A DNA stretch of 32,000 nt from Candidatus Saccharimonadota bacterium (GCA_963718045.1 OY970350.1:270001-302000); one strand, 5' to 3'. Shown: positions 7,798 through 15,111, numbered from the stretch's first letter. Numbers and translations are program-made. Notes: generated from the letters alone by a model not told the origin.

Positions 7798-8059
7798 AGT
7801 GACAGCTCTCACGCTCCTGCAAAAACCAATAAAGAAATAGAAGCAATAATTGCTTTCAGGGATGACGGTGCAACACGTAACTTTGCTGACAACATAGCCA
7901 TGGCTATATTATTGATAACTAGACAGTTACATTATATAGATAACACCCAGTGGTTTGAATGTTTAACGGGTCTTCACTCAACTTTATACTGTAGTTAGTC
8001 TTGGCTCTTCGCGCCGGTCTAAAACTCATAACTTTACCGTTTTGATATATAATATTAAA

Positions 8060-8671
8060 ATGCCGAAAAACAGGGTGGTTAGGAATTTAGTTTACGCACA
8101 GCTGAGCTTTTTTATATGCCTGACTGGTACGGTTTTCATAACTAAAGCCGGCTTTGTCTATAATCACGGTCTAAGCTTTTACGGCTCTCATCTAAAGACG
8201 GTCTTACCGTTTGGTCTAGGATTTGTTTTATGTGACATTTTTCTGTTGAGAGCAGCTAGTATCATGTCTGACAGCAAGTCGATGGTTAAAAATCTTGTGC
8301 CATACTTACGCACACTAGCTATTTTATTGATGCTGATTATATTAACCCCAGACTCCTTAAACCCGCTTTTTGGTTTATTGCATACCGTTGCCAGCAGCGT
8401 GCTGTTTCTATTTGAGATTAGCTTAGCAATTTGGCTAACCTTACGCTGGCACAGCGATAAATTAACTTGGGTTCTGCTTGTTGCTCAATTCTTGGCCGGT
8501 ATTGTCGCTATGTTGTCAGAGCTTCAATTGTCTAGATACTTAAGTGAAAGTACTGTGTTCTTCCAGCTCTTCTTTGGTATGCTTCTGGTTTGGACATTTT
8601 CTAATCTAATCAAGCAAACAACCGAAGAAGATAAAGAGACGGTAAGCAAGCCTGTTATCAGCGAGCTATAG
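8060..8671 (+). CDS. Hypothetical polytopic membrane protein
   Basis: 5-6 hydrophobic helices and an acidic C-terminal tail. ATG 8060 is preferred to TTG 8042 because TATAAT (8048-8053) ends 6 nt before it. Confidence 0.5.
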   Translation: MPKNRVVRNLVYAQLSFFICLTGTVFITKAGFVYNHGLSFYGSHLKTVLPFGLGFVLCDIFLLRAASIMSDSKSMVKNLVPYLRTLAILLMLIILTPDSLNPLFGLLHTVASSVLFLFEISLAIWLTLRWHSDKLTWVLLVAQFLAGIVAMLSELQLSRYLSESTVFFQLFFGMLLVWTFSNLIKQTTEEDKETVSKPVISEL

Positions 8672-8726
8672 TACGAAGAAGCTAACACATCATAGTTATT
8701 AACCTAATCTAACTCTATTAGTAATT

Positions 8727-8753
8727 AGCCTGGCTTAGTATTCTGGTCTTGAA
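8727..8753 (+). repeat. Direct repeat copy 2 (AGCCTGGCTTAGTATTCTGGTCTTGAA)
   Basis: See copy 1. It ends 3 nt before the pcm -10 box. Confidence 0.7.
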
Positions 8754-8769
8754 TCGTATAATATATACC

Positions 8770-9339
8770 ATGACAGATCTAGATGACGCTTTTAATAAAA
8801 TAGAACGTAAGAATTTCCTCCCGAGTTACGAGGTTAGCAACGCCCACCTCGACATTCCGATACCGATCGGGTTTGGGCAGACGAATAGTCAGCCTAGTAC
8901 TGTATATATGATGCTCGAATGGCTTGAACCTGTTTCAGGAGACAAAGTACTTGATGTAGGGTCTGGCTCTGGGTGGACAACTGCGCTGCTGGCTTGTCTG
9001 GTAGGCAGTAAAGGAAGTGTGTTTGGAGTAGAACGGATTAAGGAGCTTGTAGAATTTGGTAGAGAAAACTGCAAAAGGTTAGATATTAGGAATGTAAAAT
9101 TTTATTTGGCTGGGGATGAGTTTGGCTTAAAAAAATATGCACTATATGACCGAATATTAGTCAGTGCGTCATATGACAAAATACCAAAATCACTTATATA
9201 TCAGTTAAAAATTGGCGGGAAGATGGTTATACCTGTCAATAATGACATACTTGAAATTACAAAACTTTCTGATAACAACTTAGATATAATTACCCATCCA
9301 GGATTTGCTTTTGTCCCTTTAGTTAAAGGAAAGGGCTAA
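8770..9339 (+). CDS. pcm: Protein-L-isoaspartate O-methyltransferase
   Basis: R-x-x-F-L-P, GFGQTNSQPSTV (QTxSQP), SAM-binding VLDVGSGSGWTTALLA, YDRILVSA, and FVPLV at the C-terminus. ATG 8770 is preferred to TTG 8749. Confidence 0.85.
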   Translation: MTDLDDAFNKIERKNFLPSYEVSNAHLDIPIPIGFGQTNSQPSTVYMMLEWLEPVSGDKVLDVGSGSGWTTALLACLVGSKGSVFGVERIKELVEFGRENCKRLDIRNVKFYLAGDEFGLKKYALYDRILVSASYDKIPKSLIYQLKIGGKMVIPVNNDILEITKLSDNNLDIITHPGFAFVPLVKGKG

Positions 9340-9722
9340 TTTTTATTAACTTTACTAAACTCTTTACGCAGTTCAACCTTAGCTTGTTCTAGTATGGATT
9401 TCTGCTTAGCTGGCAATTTATTGCCGGATCGGTTGATATAAAAGTTTAACATTGACATAGCTGACTTATATGAACCGCTCTTTTTACGATTACTGTTTTC
9501 AGCAGAACGCTTCAGTGATTGTGCAATTATTTTTGGGCTGGTCAATGTGAATACTCCTTTTTCAAGGTCTAAGGCGTTGCTCGTTAAGCCAACTTGTTTT
9601 GACCAGTATTGTTGTTTCACTTTCTTATAATAAGTGGAAAATATATAAAAAATCCAATAAGCTGAATGCTTACTGGATTCTTCTTCAATATTCCTGCGCC
9701 AGTAGGCTTTTGAGAGCGGCAT
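9336..9722 (-). CDS. DUF3175-family protein
   Basis: WSKQVGLTSNALDLEKGVF...IAQSLKRSAENS...KSAMSMLNFYINRSGNKL...AKVELRKEF matches the DUF3175 consensus as I recall it. The start is uncertain. ATG 9722 overlaps the upstream gene by 38 nt. GTG 9620 (TATTAT box 6 nt upstream) would give an N-terminus closer to typical family members. Confidence 0.65.
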   Translation of the reverse strand: MPLSKAYWRRNIEEESSKHSAYWIFYIFSTYYKKVKQQYWSKQVGLTSNALDLEKGVFTLTSPKIIAQSLKRSAENSNRKKSGSYKSAMSMLNFYINRSGNKLPAKQKSILEQAKVELRKEFSKVNKN

Positions 9723-11442
9723 TTACCGGCTTAACACTGATGCCGCTGCTTTTTAAATAGACCATTTGCTGTTTAAACTGAGTTGGAGTAATCGCATATG
9801 CTGATTCTTCGTCGCTTGAAGGAGTGGTCGTGATGTCGTGGTAAACCAAAACTAGCCAGTCGTGATCGGTTTTTGCTTGGGTAATCCAAGACTGTACATC
9901 AGCTAGTGTGGTGGTCGGCAGGACCAAACGAGCATGAATCTGGTCAACATTAAGATTGGCCTTGGTGTTCATTTCGCCGTCTGTCGTGCGGTCGGATTGT
10001 TCGTACTGCATGATAGTCGGAGTCTCACTGGAGACGTATGAGCCGAAAGGGCTGGCGAAATCAGTTACCGGGTACTTCGAGCCTAAAATCTGTAGCAAGG
10101 TGACGTTATTGCCGGTTAGCTCACTGATGATCGTTGGTATGTCCAGTTCCACCATGTCCGATAAGTGGTAAAGATGAGAAGCGATTTCATTGCCGTCGGC
10201 AGCGGTTTTTACTAACTGGGCATCGGTCATATAGCCCGAAGTACCCAGTGTTCCGGCGGTGACGTAAAATGTGCAGTCGAAGCCTTCTTTGCTCAAAACA
10301 CTAACGGCATTGGTGTATTGATCGGCAAAATTATCATCAAGCGTCACGCTAACCATACCGCTACTGAAGGTAGCCGGTGTTTGGTTGGCCAGAGGCGTCA
10401 GAGCGACATCGGACAACGATACCATGCCTTCGCCACTGGTAGCCAGCACAATTTGCAAAGAAGCTGTCTTGGACGGAGTGACAAAATTATCCTGGTATTC
10501 CGACCAGGTCGGTGTTATTGTCCCGAATATTCCGGCGGTTGCCGGTGCCGACATTAGTGATACTGCCTGTGTTGTTCCATTGCTTAATGTTTCAATGACG
10601 TAGGCGTAAACGTAGGTCGTGCTTTCCTGCCAAAAACTCAGCTCGTAGCGTTGACTACTGAGCGGACTGGCGACAGTGGTTGTCCAGCCGGCTTCGTCAT
10701 TGATGGAACTGGTAGTCATACTGACTGCCGCTGCTCCGTTATAGCCATTGACGCTGTAGCCGTAAACTACCGGATCAGAGCCATAAGTTTGGGTTGTCCA
10801 GCTGGCCGGAGAGTCGGGATTGTCCGCGCAGGTTTGTTCAAAATTGCCGTTAGCTAGTCCGTTAATTAGAGTCGGCGTACAGGGGATGTCTTGAACCAGG
10901 CTGGTATCATCAATGATCAGCTGGCCGTTGGCGTTAAGGACATGAAAGACGGTTACCGTGCTGACACCGGTAGGGACAATGAAAGATTCGGCTATACTCT
11001 GCCAAGACGAACTTGCCGACTGGTTGCCTAGCCACTGGTAGGTCAGGTTGCCGTCGCTGCTGGCATATTGTGCCCAGATATTGGTGGTGACGCTTGACTC
11101 GCTCCAGTCGCTGTAAGTGTAGAAGTCACCGCTAGTTACTACCACAGGCGTAAACATCCATTTTGCATCACCACTGACATAGTCGGCGACGGTTGTTTCG
11201 GCTGAATAATTGCCGCTGTGGCCGGTATTTAAATATGTAAACGTGGCGATATTTGATCCCCAGGAATTGGTTGTCCAATCGTCCGGCTGGCCGGGGGTGG
11301 CGATCGAAGTTTCAAATCCCGGATTGGCGATCAGGTTAACTGGTGTCGAATCCAGAGCCTGAGCTTGCGCCAGCGGCATGATAGCTTCCATCGCCAAGAC
11401 CAAGCCAAGCGTTATTTTAATGCCCCTTGATAATACCTTCAT
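9685..11442 (-). CDS. Secreted polysaccharide deacetylase (CE4/NodB) with two N-terminal CBM4/9-like modules
   Basis: Sec signal peptide ending AQAQA. Two roughly 150-aa repeats each open with N-x-x-F-E (NPGFETS, NGNFEQT) and end with ...IDDTSL / ...LSDVAL. The C-terminal domain has VSVTLDDNFADQY (TFDD-type) and ASHLYHLSDM (HxxxH-type). SD AAAGGAG is upstream. Confidence 0.75.
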   Translation of the reverse strand: MKVLSRGIKITLGLVLAMEAIMPLAQAQALDSTPVNLIANPGFETSIATPGQPDDWTTNSWGSNIATFTYLNTGHSGNYSAETTVADYVSGDAKWMFTPVVVTSGDFYTYSDWSESSVTTNIWAQYASSDGNLTYQWLGNQSASSSWQSIAESFIVPTGVSTVTVFHVLNANGQLIIDDTSLVQDIPCTPTLINGLANGNFEQTCADNPDSPASWTTQTYGSDPVVYGYSVNGYNGAAAVSMTTSSINDEAGWTTTVASPLSSQRYELSFWQESTTYVYAYVIETLSNGTTQAVSLMSAPATAGIFGTITPTWSEYQDNFVTPSKTASLQIVLATSGEGMVSLSDVALTPLANQTPATFSSGMVSVTLDDNFADQYTNAVSVLSKEGFDCTFYVTAGTLGTSGYMTDAQLVKTAADGNEIASHLYHLSDMVELDIPTIISELTGNNVTLLQILGSKYPVTDFASPFGSYVSSETPTIMQYEQSDRTTDGEMNTKANLNVDQIHARLVLPTTTLADVQSWITQAKTDHDWLVLVYHDITTTPSSDEESAYAITPTQFKQQMVYLKSSGISVKPVNAALKSLLAQEY

Positions 11443-11455
11443 ATAACTAACTCCT

Positions 11456-12742
11456 TTACACTTTTAAATTATTAGCAGCGCCACTGCGTTCCGGAGAAAT
11501 CCAAGTAGTTCGCTGACCGGATACGCTCCTGGCCAGGTTCGGTAGCTTAATAGCTGTCAAAATCAAGGCGGCATATTCCGCCAAAGACATCAGGTACATG
11601 ACGATATACATTGCTGGCGCAAATACTGATAGACGCAGCCGGTCTTTAATGCTCAGATGGGCACTCGACCAGACGCAAACCAGGATGTAGCTGGTAATAA
11701 CTGCCAGAGCGGCCATTAAAGTGATTGAGCTATGGTAGTAAATACTGACAAAGATAATGAAAGTTACCACAATCGGCTCCAGTACAAACAACAGTTCCAT
11801 CAGCAGCGCATAGGGTAATATTACCCAAGTTAGAGCTTTGGAGTAGCGGTTGCCGCGGGCAAAGAACAGCTGGTAGTTTTTATAAAATGTCTGCAGACGG
11901 CCATATTTCCAGCGGTAGCGCTGGGTAATCAGGGACCGCAGCGAAGGCACCGCTTCGGTATAGGTAATGCAATCGGCCGCATAAAGGATTCGGTCCTGCT
12001 TGTTGCCGCGGGCAATAATCTTCATCGTCAGATCGATATCCTCGGTCATGGTATTAGTGTCGTAATAGCCGACTTGCTCCAATTTTTGGCGCCTAAACAT
12101 GGAACCGATGCCGCCGATAATGTATTCGATACCGTATATGGTCTGGGCTTTTTTCATATGGTAAGCAATCAAGTATTCAAAGCGCTGGGCTAAACCAAGG
12201 ATTGAACCATTTTCAATAATGTTGACGTTGCTGGCTAGGGCTACTACTCGCCTGTCGCGGAAATAAGCCACTGCTTTTTTGACAGCGTCGGGGGCAATCA
12301 GCGAATCAGCGTCCAGACACATAACTAAAGTGCCGCTGGCTTTATTGCGAATGGTGTTATTGAGTACACTGGCCTTGCCGCCGTTACGTTGCCCATAGAG
12401 TACCATATTGATTTCACCTTTATGGGCCTTGATAAATTTTTGGATAATTTTTGACGTTCCGTCGGTCGAGCCGTCGTTGACTAAAATGATTTGCAGTTTG
12501 CTTTTGGGGTATTTCAGCTTTGCCAGGCATTCCAAAGTTTTTTCGATAACTGGCGCTTCGTTATGGGCCGGGACGATCAGGCTGACGCTTGGCCGATATG
12601 GTCGTTTGGCCCTACGCTTGCCTGACTTGGTACTCTTAATGCCGTAAATGTCGCTGCCCACCAGATAGATTGTCATGCGTATAATGTTGAAAATACTCAT
12701 GCCGATGATGTAGGTTATAAGAATTTTCATGAAACCGTTCAT
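11456..12742 (-). CDS. Processive family-2 glycosyltransferase (PgaC/IcaA/cellulose-chitin-synthase type polysaccharide synthase)
   Basis: N-terminal TM plus 3-4 C-terminal TMs. Motifs LIVPAHNE, LVNDGSTDGT, CLDADS, TEDIDLT and QRYRWKYG (Q-R-x-R-W). Confidence 0.8.
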   Translation of the reverse strand: MNGFMKILITYIIGMSIFNIIRMTIYLVGSDIYGIKSTKSGKRRAKRPYRPSVSLIVPAHNEAPVIEKTLECLAKLKYPKSKLQIILVNDGSTDGTSKIIQKFIKAHKGEINMVLYGQRNGGKASVLNNTIRNKASGTLVMCLDADSLIAPDAVKKAVAYFRDRRVVALASNVNIIENGSILGLAQRFEYLIAYHMKKAQTIYGIEYIIGGIGSMFRRQKLEQVGYYDTNTMTEDIDLTMKIIARGNKQDRILYAADCITYTEAVPSLRSLITQRYRWKYGRLQTFYKNYQLFFARGNRYSKALTWVILPYALLMELLFVLEPIVVTFIIFVSIYYHSSITLMAALAVITSYILVCVWSSAHLSIKDRLRLSVFAPAMYIVMYLMSLAEYAALILTAIKLPNLARSVSGQRTTWISPERSGAANNLKV

Positions 12743-13419
12743 ACGTTTGCCCCGCTGGCCAGGATCTGGTTAGTACTTATATTCGTTACGCTGATCAAAT
12801 GGAAGTACATGACGTGACGAAACTGATACCACAGACCAGTGCAGGTCATCAGTTCAACCGGGTTGCCGATGTTGGCTTGGCTCAGGATGGCACTATCGGT
12901 CGGCGGCACAATAGCTGAATCGGCGTAGTAATAGCTGAAACGGTAGCCATTGTTGGTGTTAATGGTCATCAGATCACCGTAAACCAGTTGCGAGGTCTTG
13001 ATTAAAATGCCGGGGATATCATGGCCGTAGAGAAAAGTAACTTGTTTTTGGTCGGTGGAGATAATGGGGTTGGGATTAATGTTGTTATCGGTAAAAACGT
13101 CTTCACTGTTAAGCGTCCAGGTCTGCGAAGCTGGCCGGTAAAAACCCGGCATAATCGGTAAATTAATGCTCAGACGGTTAATCGACAAGGAGATCGGCGT
13201 GCCGCTGATTAGTGGCACTGCCGCCGCTGCTGCGGCAGGGCTCTCGGGAGTGGTTTTTAAGTACTGCATCAGCTGGGTTTTAACTACATAGACAGCGTGA
13301 TCGTGATTGATAATTGGCACTACTATCAGGCTGAGTATGCCCAAGTATACCAGTACCACTAGCGTGTAAAGCCTTAGCTGTGGTTTACGAAGAAACGCCA
13401 AATGTGTGCCTGTATTCAT
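12739..13419 (-). CDS. Sortase-family transpeptidase
   Basis: N-terminal TM anchor. TFLYGHD (His), L-x-x-GD-x-x-x-I, VELMTCTG (TLxTC-type Cys), and Arg in YQFRHVMY about 9 residues after the Cys. The order and spacing are as in sortases. The stop overlaps the GT2 start (ATGA). Confidence 0.65.
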   Translation of the reverse strand: MNTGTHLAFLRKPQLRLYTLVVLVYLGILSLIVVPIINHDHAVYVVKTQLMQYLKTTPESPAAAAAAVPLISGTPISLSINRLSINLPIMPGFYRPASQTWTLNSEDVFTDNNINPNPIISTDQKQVTFLYGHDIPGILIKTSQLVYGDLMTINTNNGYRFSYYYADSAIVPPTDSAILSQANIGNPVELMTCTGLWYQFRHVMYFHLISVTNISTNQILASGANV

Positions 13420-13458
13420 GGTACCATTAAAGCCTGGCCAGGTTTAACTGCAATAAGG

Positions 13459-13650
13459 TTAGTTGCTATGATAGTGTGTAACAATATTCTTGATAACCTT
13501 GCTCAGGATGACAATCATCGCACAAACAATGGCTACAATAATTACATACGATACCAGCATGCTTCCGTGGGTGAAGGGTAATACAACTGCGCCGGTGGCT
13601 ACTGTCCCGGCACTGGCTACGTTACCACCACCTACTACAGATCCGCTCAT
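13459..13650 (-). CDS. 63-aa protein consisting essentially of an LPxTG-like sorting signal (LPFTHG + TM helix + basic tail)
   Basis: SD GAGGAG lies 6 nt upstream of the ATG, with a promoter 40-70 nt upstream. The sequence is MSGSVVGGGNVASAGTVATGAVV-LPFTHG-SMLVSYVIIVAIVCAMIVILS-KVIKNIVTHYHSN. The N-terminal 23 residues carry no charge and there is no signal peptide. Confidence 0.55.
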   Translation of the reverse strand: MSGSVVGGGNVASAGTVATGAVVLPFTHGSMLVSYVIIVAIVCAMIVILSKVIKNIVTHYHSN

Positions 13651-13690
13651 TCCTACTCCTCATCAACAGTTCTTTAGTTGAATAATATAT

Positions 13691-13719
13691 ATAGTAATGA
13701 ATAGATGCAGAACTGTCAA
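13691..13719 (-). promoter_or_regulatory. Sigma70-type promoter TTGACA-17 nt-TACTAT for the sortase/GT2 operon
   Basis: On the reverse strand, TTGACA is at 13719-13714, the spacer is 17 nt, and TACTAT is at 13696-13691. The leader to ATG 13650 is about 33 nt. Confidence 0.55.
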
Positions 13720-14005
13720 CTATATTGTAATACTGGTTATGGTAAACAATTTTTTGATATTTGTGATACTAGGTTGCGTTGTATGGTCATACTTGTTGTA
13801 CCCCTATAAATTATGTGGTAATAGAATCCAGGAGGCAACCATCCCTTCGTGGCAAGCAACATTTGATGCTTAATATTAGCTCCCCCTAGCTGACATGTTA
13901 CGAACCAAATACTATTTAAATATAACTAATATAGCTACGCAACTGACGTCTATTAAATTAGAATTAAGTAATGGATTGCGTTGGGATTAATTAAGTATCC
14001 TGGTG

Positions 14006-15010
14006 TTAGTCGTGTAACCATTCCCAATTATGCACGTTATGCTGTACCCAGCTTATACAATCTCCCTGATTTTTAAAGCTTGGTTTAGTAAAATCCTTCC
14101 ATCCATCAACCTTGCACTGGAATAATCTATAGGGAGTTTTACAATTTATATTCCATACCACTATGTATTTATTGCTCAGTAAGTTTGTAAAACTCGGTGC
14201 AGTTTTATTATGTACTCTGGTTGTTTCTGCCTGCGCTAACGTATTACCCGTAGAGTAGCCCTCCAGGGCATAAGGAGCACCGTCTAAAGTACATTTCGTG
14301 GCAACAGTCGAACCCATTACTTCATTAGTGGCGTAATTAGCACCTAGAGACATATTGCTGGTAGTCGCCATATACGAGTTAGGATTATTAAAACCAGCGG
14401 GGCCTAAGTTGTACGTACCTGAACCAGTGCTGATGTTAGTAGCGCTCCACGAAGATGCCATAGGAAATGAGATATTGTTAGCGTTAACCGTAGTTGCCTG
14501 TTCGCCATCAATGAATTTGTCGATTGTAACAGTCACAGTGTATGGAGTTGCTGTACCTGTCGGCATTGTAAAAGATTGGCAATTGTTATCTACGCTACCC
14601 GAAACCGAGCCATCAGATTCAATAGTCCCAATGCCATCTAACGTATATCCAGCATTTGAGCCTGTATATACTAATGTAAAGCTTATGCTATCGCCACTTA
14701 CATTACCTGTAATGTTCCAGGTATATGTATTATCGGCGTTATAGTAACCAGTTCCTGAAAAATTTCCTGTATTGTTTTCTGAAATTGTATTCAATGTGTG
14801 TGCATAGTCTGCGCCTCCACAACTAAATGTAATCTGGCTCGGAGCATTAATCTCCCAGTTGGGTAGTGGTAACGCGGTAGCGTTGGCAGTGCTAAAAGTA
14901 GCTAACGATAGGCCTCCGCTTCCCAATAATAGTCCGAACACTGATAATGCAATGAATACTTTCTTTCTTAGTTTCTGTATGCCTGTACGCACATTATAAT
15001 GATACCGCAT
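14006..15010 (-). CDS. Hypothetical secreted protein, Cys-containing, N/T/S/G-rich
   Basis: SD AAGGAGG lies 5 nt before ATG 15010, so the ORF-track start 15031 is rejected. Signal/anchor KLRKKVFIALSVFGLLLGSGGLSLATFSTANA. The C-terminal block is C-x11-C-KVDGWKDF...FKNQGDC. No enzymatic motif seen. Confidence 0.6.
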   Translation of the reverse strand: MRYHYNVRTGIQKLRKKVFIALSVFGLLLGSGGLSLATFSTANATALPLPNWEINAPSQITFSCGGADYAHTLNTISENNTGNFSGTGYYNADNTYTWNITGNVSGDSISFTLVYTGSNAGYTLDGIGTIESDGSVSGSVDNNCQSFTMPTGTATPYTVTVTIDKFIDGEQATTVNANNISFPMASSWSATNISTGSGTYNLGPAGFNNPNSYMATTSNMSLGANYATNEVMGSTVATKCTLDGAPYALEGYSTGNTLAQAETTRVHNKTAPSFTNLLSNKYIVVWNINCKTPYRLFQCKVDGWKDFTKPSFKNQGDCISWVQHNVHNWEWLHD

Positions 15011-15111
15011 ATAACCCTCCTTAATTATCATTTACATTGTATCACTATATTTTTGCTAAAAATACTTATGTATTAAATAGAATTTTATTAATTAACTTTT
15101 ATAATTATGTC

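Noticed and set aside
7799-7812. GTGACAGCTCTCAC resembles the atp-promoter palindrome GTGACAGATGTCAC at 12 of 14 positions
   Set aside because: A 12/14 match between two 14-mers is expected many hundreds of times by chance in a 32-kb window. It is not evidence of a shared operator.
9956-10857. Four + strand ORFs (68-79 aa) inside the CE4 gene. Similar antisense ORFs occur inside metK, guaB1, GT2, GH130, GT4, the malic enzyme gene, atpA, atpG and atpD.
   Set aside because: They are shadow ORFs on the opposite strand of genes with clear family motifs. They have no SDs or promoters and low-complexity R/S/G-rich translations.
11528-11539. CCTGGCCAGGTT 12-mer shared with 13433-13444 (the palindromic CCTGGCCAGG between the 63-aa ORF and the sortase gene)
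   Set aside because: Chance-level length. One copy is inside the GT2 coding sequence. As an RNA hairpin the palindrome has no loop, and no U-run follows.
13381-13425. TTTAAT-N6-ATG upstream of the sortase gene as another leaderless promoter
   Set aside because: The hexamer lacks the highly conserved A at position 2, and the gene lies 39 nt behind the 63-aa ORF within an obvious operon. Read-through or coupling is the simpler explanation.
13720-14005. Possible structured RNA or small ORFs in the 355-bp gap: AGGAGG followed by ATC on the + strand, and a 43-codon minus-strand ORF from about 13881
   Set aside because: No canonical start sits at proper SD spacing. I could find no convincing conserved-looking helices by eye. 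It is most simply the promoter/upstream region of the sortase operon plus the 3' UTR of the secreted-protein gene.
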